Source: Verrucomicrobiales bacterium
GTDB taxonomy: Bacteria > Verrucomicrobiota > Verrucomicrobiia > Limisphaerales > SXQI01
DNA length: 58,430 nucleotides
Direction: 5' to 3'
Assembly (NCBI GenBank): GCA_005793025.1
Contig: SXQI01000074.1
Location: 1 to 58,430 of the forward strand
Shown: piece by piece, positions 20,035 through 28,248 of the stretch
How the letters are laid out: every line of letters begins with the position of its first letter
Position numbering within the stretch: position 1 is the stretch's first letter
Position numbers and translations under genes: made by a program
The notes under the pieces: model-generated
Told to the model about the DNA's origin: nothing
Database searches by the model: none
Seen by the model: only the letters and a program-made list of their open reading frames with translations

Positions 20035-20875
20035 GCTCGTGCTTCGTTTTTAGTAATAATTCCGTCATTCGTGCAGCTTGTCTAGTCTCCGCCACGTCAT
20101 GGGTTCGCACAATCTGAACACCCGCCTGAATCGCCCAAGCAGCACAGGATAGACCTCCTGCGAGTCGATCTTGGAGAGGCGCACTGGTTGCTTCCCCGAG
20201 AAACGACTTGCGAGAGACGCCGACTAGGATCGGCCGTTTTAAATCATGAAGCAGGTCGAGATTTGCCATCAGATCCAAATTGTGTTGAAACGTTTTACCA
20301 AAACCTATGCCAACATCGAGCACGACTTGCTCGAAGTTTACCCCTGATTCCTTTAGGAACGCCAGTCGCTCTCTTAAAAAGGATTTCACTTCTTGAGTCA
20401 CATTACCATAGGAGGGATTGGACTGCATAGATTGAGGGGTGCCCTGCATATGCATTAAAACATAACCAACACCGGTCCTCGCGATCAGTTCACACATCTC
20501 AGAATCACCTCGGTTAGCCCCGATATCGTTCACGATTTGAGCGCCCTCGGCGATTGCAGCATGAGCTACGTCTGCCTTCTGTGTATCGATGGAGATGATC
20601 GCATCGGTTTTGGCTCGCAACCCGTGAATGACCGGAATAACACGTCTTATTTCTTCTGCGGAGGTGACCTGGGACGCGCCGGGTCGGGTCGATTCCCCGC
20701 CAATATCGATCCAATCTGCACCACATGCTAAGAGGCTGATCCCGTGATCGATTGCCGCTGATGCATCCAAATATTTCGATCCGTCGGAAAAAGAATCAGG
20801 GGTGACATTTAAAACCCCCATCACCAAGGTGGGTCTTGGAAAATGATACACCAAATCCTTAACTCGCAAGATCAT
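20027..20875 (-). CDS. folP: dihydropteroate synthase
   Basis: Contains MGVLNVTPDSFSDG, DIGGESTRPG and other pterin-binding barrel blocks. Confidence 0.92.
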   Translation of the reverse strand: MILRVKDLVYHFPRPTLVMGVLNVTPDSFSDGSKYLDASAAIDHGISLLACGADWIDIGGESTRPGASQVTSAEEIRRVIPVIHGLRAKTDAIISIDTQKADVAHAAIAEGAQIVNDIGANRGDSEMCELIARTGVGYVLMHMQGTPQSMQSNPSYGNVTQEVKSFLRERLAFLKESGVNFEQVVLDVGIGFGKTFQHNLDLMANLDLLHDLKRPILVGVSRKSFLGEATSAPLQDRLAGGLSCAAWAIQAGVQIVRTHDVAETRQAARMTELLLKTKHERG

Positions 20876-20889
20876 TGGGTTTTAGCGGG

Positions 20890-21297
20890 CTATTGTCTGC
20901 TCGGTTCAGTCGTGTGCGCCCGCTGGATGAGTTCGATCTCATAACCTTCTGGTGCATCTACAAACGCGAAGCCACCACCATCCTTCCTTAAATGCGGCCC
21001 ATCCGAAAATGCCAAACCATGCGCACTTAGATGGCGACCAAAGATTTCTAGATTCTCGACCTCAAAAGCAAGGTGTGTGAGATCGGCCTGAACTCTCACC
21101 ATCCCGCTAGATGGAAAATGGCATATTTCTATCAACTCCTCGCTTTCCTCAGCTTTGAGAAAGACCAACTCAGACCCACGTGGAGACTTGTGTCGCCTTG
21201 TCTCCTGAAGCCCTAATACATCTTTGTAAAAGGTCACCGTTTTTTCGAGATCATCAACCCGGTATCGGGTATGTAACAATTTTTTAACAGCGGTCAC
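20890..21297 (-). CDS. VOC family protein (glyoxalase I-like)
   Basis: LLHTRYRVDDLEKTVTFYKDVLGL and the later H..F.V / E block are typical of the family. GTG start. Confidence 0.75.
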   Translation of the reverse strand: MTAVKKLLHTRYRVDDLEKTVTFYKDVLGLQETRRHKSPRGSELVFLKAEESEELIEICHFPSSGMVRVQADLTHLAFEVENLEIFGRHLSAHGLAFSDGPHLRKDGGGFAFVDAPEGYEIELIQRAHTTEPSRQ

Positions 21298-21424
21298 GCC
21301 ATTTATCGTAGTGACGTCGGAATGTTAGACAACACAATCAGGCTTAAATCTTCTTTCTCAATTAGGGTTACGACCTCGTGTTGTAGCCCTCCTTCGCTGC
21401 GAAACTAGCGAGATAGTTGACAAC

Positions 21425-22351
21425 TCAACAATCCCGATTCAGCAGGAACCCTGCTAACGCTTCTAGTGCTGCCGCCTTCTTCCGAAAGGGCTTCAGAGCG
21501 AGAAATGCTTTCTCGGTCAACTGTTTGGATATTCGCCTAGATTGGTTGAGCCCTAGAATCGACGGATAAGTGGCTTTTTGAGCGTGTTGATCCTTGCCAG
21601 CGGTTTTGCCCAATTGTTCGCTGGTCTGAGTGACGTCTAAAATATCATCAATAACTTGGTAAGCTAAACCCACGTTGTAGCCAAACTCCGTCAGGGCTTT
21701 GAGCTGGGTTGGTGTGCAATTCACACTCATCCCCCCGAGTCGAACCGAGCAGCAGAACAAAGCCGAAGTTTTCCTTTCATGGATGTATTGAAGTTCCTTG
21801 ATGGGAATGGCCTTGCCTTCGCTCAACATGTCCACTACTTGTCCCGCAATGAGTTGTAGTGAACCGGAGGCTCTTGCCAACTCCAACACTTGCTTGTTCA
21901 CGCCGTACCTTGAGGTAGGTTTAACTTTTGCGATCAACTCGAACGATTGGGTGAGTAACGCATCTCCAGCAAGAACCGCGATGCCTTCCCCGAACACCTT
22001 GTGGTTTGTGGGCTTCCCACGTCGAAAGTCGTCGTTGTCCATCGCGGGTAGGTCGTCGTGAATCAGTGAATAAGTGTGGATACACTCTACCGCACAGGCC
22101 GCAGGCAAAGCCGGGGTCCACTCGCCACCGCAAGCTTCCGCAGCTGCCAGACAAAGGGCCGGTCGAATTCGTTTACCACCAGCGAATAATGAATACCGCA
22201 TTGCGTCGTGAATGCGTCGGGGCTTTGTTTTCACCGTGGGTATCCATCGATCCAGACTACGTTCGACGACTTCAGAAGTGCTGCGCAGGTAGGATTTCGT
22301 ATCAAACCCTTGTTTCGTAGCAACGGTTTGTTTTAGTGGTGCTGCGGACAT
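21425..22351 (-). CDS. polyprenyl diphosphate synthase (FPP/GGPP synthase type)
   Basis: First Asp-rich motif LIHDDLPAMDNDDFRRGKPT and second motif QVIDDILD. Confidence 0.88.
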   Translation of the reverse strand: MSAAPLKQTVATKQGFDTKSYLRSTSEVVERSLDRWIPTVKTKPRRIHDAMRYSLFAGGKRIRPALCLAAAEACGGEWTPALPAACAVECIHTYSLIHDDLPAMDNDDFRRGKPTNHKVFGEGIAVLAGDALLTQSFELIAKVKPTSRYGVNKQVLELARASGSLQLIAGQVVDMLSEGKAIPIKELQYIHERKTSALFCCSVRLGGMSVNCTPTQLKALTEFGYNVGLAYQVIDDILDVTQTSEQLGKTAGKDQHAQKATYPSILGLNQSRRISKQLTEKAFLALKPFRKKAAALEALAGFLLNRDC

Positions 22352-22366
22352 GGTGAGATTTTAAGG

Positions 22367-22404
22367 ATAACCTAACGTTCGCTGCAAGTTCGTTTCTAGG
22401 TTAT
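22367..22404. promoter_or_regulatory. perfect 8-bp inverted repeat in a divergent intergenic region
   Basis: ATAACCTA (22367-22374), 22 nt, then TAGGTTAT (22397-22404), followed by TGCCTTTTT. It lies between the prenyl synthase and aminotransferase genes. Confidence 0.3.
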
Positions 22405-22535
22405 TGCCTTTTTAAAGAGACTTAGACCCAACTACCAAGGTCTCGAGACTGCTTTCAAGCTTGAGGAGTTTTTGACGGTGGGATTCTGCAAATCCGCTTG
22501 CCCGTCGCGTCTCCCCTGTTAGGATTCGCACCCCG

Positions 22536-23711
22536 ATGAATTATAAGATTTCCCATCGCGCCGCTTCCTTGTCGCCGTCGCTTACATTGGTTATTGATTC
22601 CAAGGCCAAAGCCATGAAGGCGGAGGGACTCGATGTCGTTGGTTTTGGGGCAGGTGAGCCCGATTTTGATACTCCACAGCATATCAAGGATGCAGCATCC
22701 AAAGCCTTGGCAGATGGATTCACAAAATATACTCCCAGCAGCGGCATCCCGGACCTTCGAGCTGCGATCGCCCAGAAGTTTGAACGGGAGAACGGGCTGA
22801 ATTACAAACCTAGTCAGGTCATTGTTTCCTGCGGTGGTAAACACTCTTGTTATAACGTGGTGCTTGCGACTTGTCAGGAGGGTGATGAGGTCATCATTCC
22901 TTCGCCATACTGGCTGAGCTACCCAGAAATGGTGCGACTGGCGAGTGCTACACCCGTCGTTGTGGAGACGACAGACGCGACCGAATTCAAAATGACTCCT
23001 TCCCAATTGAGGGCGGCGATCACTCCACGCACTAGGTTGCTTGTGCTCACAACACCGAGTAACCCGACTGGAAGTGTTTACACTCCTGAAGAGGTGAGGG
23101 CATTAGGTGATATCTGCATCGAACACGGGATCCTCATCATGAGTGACGAGATTTATGAACACCTTCTGTATGATGGAGCTGTTCACAAATCCGTAGCGAG
23201 TTTCAGCCAAGCCCATCAGGATCACACGATCATCGTTCATGGGTTTGCTAAAGCTTGGAGCATGACGGGATGGAGGTTAGGCTTTCTCGCGGCTCCAGAA
23301 CCAATTGCCAGTGCGATTGATGCGATGCAAAGTCACAGCACGAGCAATCCGACTTCCTTTGCCCAAAAAGGGGGTGTTGCCGCGTTGACTGGTTCTCAGG
23401 CTCACCTCCCACTGTGGCTGGCCGAATACGCCAAGCGGCGCACCTACGCATATCAGCGGCTCAACTCGATCCCGGGGATTTCGTGCGTGAATTCGAAAGG
23501 TGCTTTTTATCTGTTTCCTAACATCGCGAAACTCGGGTTAAAATCTGCGGATTTTTGTTCCCAATTACTTGCTACACAACACGTCGCTGCTGTTCCAGGA
23601 ATCGCTTTCGGGGCGGAGGGGTATCTTCGAATTTCCTACGCAACAGGGTTGGCCAATATTGAAAAAGGCTTAGATCGATTGGAGAAATTTGCCAGAACGT
23701 TGCATGGCTAA
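22536..23711 (+). CDS. class I pyridoxal-phosphate aminotransferase (aspartate aminotransferase-like)
   Basis: Contains GEPDFDTP, the YT.S.G motif, PSNPTG and the PLP-lysine block GFAKAWSMTGWRLGF. Confidence 0.88.
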   Translation: MNYKISHRAASLSPSLTLVIDSKAKAMKAEGLDVVGFGAGEPDFDTPQHIKDAASKALADGFTKYTPSSGIPDLRAAIAQKFERENGLNYKPSQVIVSCGGKHSCYNVVLATCQEGDEVIIPSPYWLSYPEMVRLASATPVVVETTDATEFKMTPSQLRAAITPRTRLLVLTTPSNPTGSVYTPEEVRALGDICIEHGILIMSDEIYEHLLYDGAVHKSVASFSQAHQDHTIIVHGFAKAWSMTGWRLGFLAAPEPIASAIDAMQSHSTSNPTSFAQKGGVAALTGSQAHLPLWLAEYAKRRTYAYQRLNSIPGISCVNSKGAFYLFPNIAKLGLKSADFCSQLLATQHVAAVPGIAFGAEGYLRISYATGLANIEKGLDRLEKFARTLHG

Positions 23712-23838
23712 CCGGACGAATGTTCGTTGCAAAGACCTCTGCAAAAAAAGCCCGATCAACGCTTAGTTTTTCCTTGCTCATAAACCATGGGATGTAACTA
23801 TCTTGGGTGTCCCCAAGAAGCCTAGTTTTGTTCCGCCT

Positions 23839-25281
23839 ATGAGCCTTATCAATCGCCGTCAGTTTTTAAATTCAAGTGCGGTCGCTGTCTCCGCCCTTTC
23901 TGTTTCACGATCCGTCTGGGCACAGCCCAAGGGTGCCAACTCGGATATCCGGCTAGCAGTGGTTGGTTTCAACGGCCAAGGGAAGAGCCATATCGAAGGG
24001 TTCCGTAAGATACCCGGGGTTAGGGTAGTTGGCCTTTGTGATGTCGATTCCGCTGTCCTAGAAAAGGAAGCTGCGAAATTTAAGGATCGAAACGAAGCCG
24101 TTTCGACCTATTCTGATGTCCGCAAACTGCTTCAAAACAAGGACATCGATGCTATTTCGATTGCTACCCCAAATCATACGCATGCGTTGATTGCGATTTG
24201 GGCGATACAATCTGGTAAGGATGTTTATGTTGAGAAACCGGTGAGTCATAATGTGAGCGAAGGACGCCGGATTGTTGAAGCTGCACGCAAACACCAACGG
24301 ATCGTTCAGACCGGTACTCAGAGCCGATCGAATCCCGGTGTCCGGGAGGCAATCCAGTTTCTTCATGATGGTGGACTCGGGAAAATCAAGTGGGTTCGCG
24401 GTCTTTGCTACAAGCGACGTGCTTCAATCGGAAAAATAACCGCTCCTCAGAATCCTCCTAGCACGGTTGATTACGATTTGTGGTGTGGACCCGCTCCGAA
24501 GGAGCCGCTCACACGTAGCCGTTTGCATTACGATTGGCACTGGGTATGGCCAACGGGGTCTGGTGACTTGGGAAACCAAGGAATTCATCAGATGGATATT
24601 GCTCGGTGGGCACTGGGAGTGAACGAACTTTCACCTCAAGTCTTCAGCTTTGGAGGGCGATTCGGCTACGTGGACGACGGGACGACGCCAAACACACAAA
24701 TCATCTATCACAACTACGCGAAAGCACCGCTGATATTTGAAGTCCGTGGGCTGCCTGCGAAGTCGAATGGTGACGTGATGGACAATCTGAGGGGTGCTTC
24801 GATCGGCGTTGTCATCCAATGTGAGAATGGATCCATGGTGATCCCGAGCTATCAGAGTGCGACTGCTTTCGATCCCGCTGGGAAAGTATTAAAACAGTTC
24901 CGTGGCGACGCAAGTCATCATGGAAACTTTATCCAAGCCATTCGTAGCCGTAAATCCAGCGATCTCAACGCGGACATTCTAGAAGGGCACCTCTCTAGCG
25001 CGCTATGTCATACAGGCAACATTTCGTACCGCTTGGGTAAGCTTGCAAAACCTGAAACTGTTAGCAACGCAATCAAAAAGCACCCGGAGGCTGCTGAGAG
25101 CTTTGCCAGTTTCACGGAACATCTCAAAATCCACGATGTTGATCTGAACAAATTCCCAGTCCAATTAGGTGCAGTGCTTAAGATGGATCCCAAAAAAGAA
25201 CAGTTTATTAATAATTCCGCTGCCAACGAACTTTTGACTCGCAAATACCGTGATGGCTTTGTCGTTCCAAACAAGGTTTGA
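23839..25281 (+). CDS. Gfo/Idh/MocA oxidoreductase with twin-arginine (TAT) signal
   Basis: MSLINRRQFLNSSAVAVSALSV is followed by a Rossmann fold and EKP (VEKPVS). The ATG at 23839 is preferred over the TTG at 23803. Confidence 0.85.
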   Translation: MSLINRRQFLNSSAVAVSALSVSRSVWAQPKGANSDIRLAVVGFNGQGKSHIEGFRKIPGVRVVGLCDVDSAVLEKEAAKFKDRNEAVSTYSDVRKLLQNKDIDAISIATPNHTHALIAIWAIQSGKDVYVEKPVSHNVSEGRRIVEAARKHQRIVQTGTQSRSNPGVREAIQFLHDGGLGKIKWVRGLCYKRRASIGKITAPQNPPSTVDYDLWCGPAPKEPLTRSRLHYDWHWVWPTGSGDLGNQGIHQMDIARWALGVNELSPQVFSFGGRFGYVDDGTTPNTQIIYHNYAKAPLIFEVRGLPAKSNGDVMDNLRGASIGVVIQCENGSMVIPSYQSATAFDPAGKVLKQFRGDASHHGNFIQAIRSRKSSDLNADILEGHLSSALCHTGNISYRLGKLAKPETVSNAIKKHPEAAESFASFTEHLKIHDVDLNKFPVQLGAVLKMDPKKEQFINNSAANELLTRKYRDGFVVPNKV

Positions 25282-25282
25282 C

Positions 25283-26017
25283 ATGCAATTAACTCAAAGT
25301 TTGTACGCGTGGACCGCGTGCCTAATCACAGCTTCGTTCTGGGTTCCCGTGGTTCAGGCGGAGAGTTTGCTTACAGTAGGGGCGACTCCATTCAATCTGG
25401 TATACAATTCTGCAACCGCAGGAGCGTTAGAAAAAGACCGTTTTATTTTCAGCGACCCGAACGCTTGGCGTGTCCAGAAAGAGAATAATTCCTCCACACT
25501 GGAATTGACGAATCAGAGCAAATACACCCCCCTTGTTCGGTCACCCATTAACATCGCCGTCCTTTCAAACCAAGCGGTCGGATCTTTTACTCTGGAAGCC
25601 GAGCTACTACAGACGAGCCGGGAATACGGGCATCGGGATCTTTGCATCTTTTTTGGCATCAAATCTCCGACGGAATTTTATTATCTCCATCTGGCAACCG
25701 CAGCCGATAATAACGCCCATAATATATTCCTCGTGAACAAAAAGCCTCGAACCAATATCGCAATCGAAACGACCAAGGGAGTCGAGTGGGGGCAGAATAT
25801 TTGGCACAAAGTCAAAGTAGAACGTCGGGTCGAGGACGGTTCAATCGCGGTGTTTTTCGACGACATGAGCAAGCCGATCATGAGGGCGAAGGATCAAACA
25901 TTCACCAAGGGCTTGATCGGGTTCGGTTCGTTTGATGACACAGGGATATTTCGCAATATTCGACTGTCCTCAGATAAATCCGACAAGGCTCAATTCAGTT
26001 TTTCGATCGCTCGTTAG
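25283..26017 (+). CDS. DUF1080-like (3-keto-disaccharide hydrolase family) secreted protein
   Basis: Has a signal peptide ending VVQAES and a concanavalin-like pattern (W.V....LE, GHRDLCIFFG, FYYLHL, WHKVKVER, IAVFFDD, GLIGFG). The ATG lies 1 nt after the upstream stop. Confidence 0.6.
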   Translation: MQLTQSLYAWTACLITASFWVPVVQAESLLTVGATPFNLVYNSATAGALEKDRFIFSDPNAWRVQKENNSSTLELTNQSKYTPLVRSPINIAVLSNQAVGSFTLEAELLQTSREYGHRDLCIFFGIKSPTEFYYLHLATAADNNAHNIFLVNKKPRTNIAIETTKGVEWGQNIWHKVKVERRVEDGSIAVFFDDMSKPIMRAKDQTFTKGLIGFGSFDDTGIFRNIRLSSDKSDKAQFSFSIAR

Positions 26018-26039
26018 GTTTCCTAGGTTTACGCTCACT

Positions 26040-26954
26040 ATGACCGTTTCCACCTCCTTAGCTCCTGAATTGTCGGGTATTTTTGCTGCGATTTGGACCC
26101 CAACGGATGACCATGGGATACCAATCGAGTCAGCCCTGAAAATTCACCTCGAATTGTTAGAAAAGGCCGGAGTTGTTGGGGTTCTTGCGCTCGGCAGTAC
26201 GGGGAATTTTGCTAGGATGGAGGTTTCGGATCGGAAGCGAACATTGGAACTCATCATTAAGCATCGAGGATCCCTCAAGGTATTGGCGAACATCAGTGAT
26301 ATTCGCCAAGGTTCAATCCTCGCCCTCGGGAAACATGCACGTGAAGAAGGAGCGGTGGGAGTGTCCCTCATGCCCCCTTGGTTTTATCCATCGGTAGATC
26401 AGGATTTATCGGAATTTTTCGTACGCCTAGGAGAGCGATTGCAGCAGCCCATTGTCCTCTACAACTTTCCGGAACTAACAGGAAAGCGACTCACACCCGA
26501 AGTGATCGACGGGGTGGCTTCGAGGGTTCCGGTTGCTGGACTTAAACAGAGTGGGGATGCCTTTGAGAGGCACGTGGAGGTGATAGCTTGCGCGCAGTCT
26601 CATGGTTTTCCAGTGCTTACAGGTTGGGATTCTCGCGTAGGGGATGCTTTAATGTTAGGGGCAACCGGCTGTATCGGCGGATTGACGAACATCGTGCCAG
26701 AACTTCTCGTGGCGGTAGATCGTGCTTACAGGCAGGGGAATATTGGCAGTGCAGCGCAGGCTTCAAGTCGGTTGCTTGAGCTAGGTCAAGCCTGTTCGGC
26801 ATTACCATTTCCGATCAACATGGCGGCTGGCATGGAGGCGCGAGGGCTTGAAATCGGCGTTCGTAAATCGGATTATTCGAAATCAACGGAAGTTGCCTAT
26901 CACCAAATGTTCCTTCGTTTTAAGGAACTCTTCACCCAGTGGAATTTGATTTAA
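26040..26954 (+). CDS. dihydrodipicolinate synthase/N-acetylneuraminate lyase family aldolase
   Basis: Blocks GIFAAIWTP, GVLALGSTGNFARM, ILYNFPELTG-like (VLYNFPELTG) and GLKQSG (Schiff-base lysine position). The ATG at 26040 removes the overlap present in the ORF track. Confidence 0.8.
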   Translation: MTVSTSLAPELSGIFAAIWTPTDDHGIPIESALKIHLELLEKAGVVGVLALGSTGNFARMEVSDRKRTLELIIKHRGSLKVLANISDIRQGSILALGKHAREEGAVGVSLMPPWFYPSVDQDLSEFFVRLGERLQQPIVLYNFPELTGKRLTPEVIDGVASRVPVAGLKQSGDAFERHVEVIACAQSHGFPVLTGWDSRVGDALMLGATGCIGGLTNIVPELLVAVDRAYRQGNIGSAAQASSRLLELGQACSALPFPINMAAGMEARGLEIGVRKSDYSKSTEVAYHQMFLRFKELFTQWNLI

Positions 26955-26958
26955 TCCT

Positions 26959-28248
26959 ATGAAATCCCGAGATTCCTCCAGTTCTTATCGATGGTGGGTT
27001 GTTGGGATGCTTTGGATGGTTTGTTTTTTTAATTACGCTGACAGGCAGGCAGTATTCGCTGTTTTTCCGAAATTGGAGGAAGAGTTTGGTTTTTCCAAAG
27101 CACAACTTGGACTCATCGGTTCGTCGTTCATGTGGGTTTATGCAGCGGGAGCACCATTTGCTGGATGGGTGGCAGACCGTGTGTCCCGGAAAAAGCTGAT
27201 CTTGGGAGGCTGCATCTTCTGGAGCCTTGTAACTTTGATGACGGCTCATTGTTCCCGTCTTTGGCATTTTGTTGTCGTTCGTTCGCTGGAAGGGTTTGGT
27301 GAAACTTTTTATTTTCCAGCATCTATGTCCTTGCTCAGCAGCTACCATGGAAAAAATACACGATCAAGGGCGATGGGATTCCACCAATCGGGAGTGTATG
27401 TGGGAACAATTCTCGGGAGTTGGATTGGCGCAATTTTTGCAGCAACCATTGGTTGGCGATATGGCTTCTACCTATTCGGCGGATTGGGAACGATCTTAGC
27501 GATCGTGCTCCTCAAAACATTGCGAGAACCCGGTCGGGTTGGTCCGGATGCTACGAGACCGGATGGAACTAATGCCGCGACCCCTCCGCCACTCGGATTT
27601 CGAAAAGTTTTTGCAATGCTTTTGGCCCGGCCTGCGAGCCTTTACGTGATGTTGGCATTCGTGTGTGCGAATTTTGTCGCAACCATTTTCCTGACTTGGA
27701 CGCCAACTTTTTTGGTTCAGAAGTTTCATTTTAAATTAGCTGCAGCGGGCTTGAGTGGAACTTTATTTATTCATTTGGCTAGCGCGGCGATTGTTCCATT
27801 CGGAGGTTGGTTAGCAGATCATCTTGCAATTAAACGAAATGGTGGCCGACTTTTGGTGCAGATTGGGGGCCTGTTTGTTGGATCCGTTTTCGTCTGGGGT
27901 GTGGGCCGAGCCAGTGATGTTTCTTGGCTGGTGGTCGCGATGGTAGGATTCGGAATCTGCAAAGGGTTTTACGACGCGAATATTTTCGCGGGTCTGTATG
28001 ATTTTGTGCAACCTGAAGCGCGTGCTACAGCAGCGGGTTTGATGAATACCGTGGGTTGGGGAGGAGGGGCTATGGGTCCGTTAGCAGTGGGCTGGTACAC
28101 CGGCGGAGGAAGTGAGGCGGCTCAAATGGAACGGATGAGTCAAGCGATTGGAATTTGTGCCTTCATCTACATTCTCGGAGCTCTACTGCTTTGGTACGCA
28201 TTTCGAATTGAGAAGAAATTAGGCAACCCCGTCGAGTCCACTGTTTAG
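26959..28248 (+). CDS. MFS transporter (anion:cation symporter/sugar-acid type)
   Basis: About 12 TM segments. The N-terminal WWVVGMLWMVCFFNYADRQ block is typical of ACS-family MFS permeases. Confidence 0.8.
   Translation: MKSRDSSSSYRWWVVGMLWMVCFFNYADRQAVFAVFPKLEEEFGFSKAQLGLIGSSFMWVYAAGAPFAGWVADRVSRKKLILGGCIFWSLVTLMTAHCSRLWHFVVVRSLEGFGETFYFPASMSLLSSYHGKNTRSRAMGFHQSGVYVGTILGSWIGAIFAATIGWRYGFYLFGGLGTILAIVLLKTLREPGRVGPDATRPDGTNAATPPPLGFRKVFAMLLARPASLYVMLAFVCANFVATIFLTWTPTFLVQKFHFKLAAAGLSGTLFIHLASAAIVPFGGWLADHLAIKRNGGRLLVQIGGLFVGSVFVWGVGRASDVSWLVVAMVGFGICKGFYDANIFAGLYDFVQPEARATAAGLMNTVGWGGGAMGPLAVGWYTGGGSEAAQMERMSQAIGICAFIYILGALLLWYAFRIEKKLGNPVESTV

Noticed and set aside
22455-23006. 183-aa minus-strand ORF overlapping the aminotransferase 5-prime end and the intergenic region.
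   Set aside because: It lies antisense to a gene with clear class I aminotransferase blocks. The translation is rich in R/C/W/H and lacks any domain signature.
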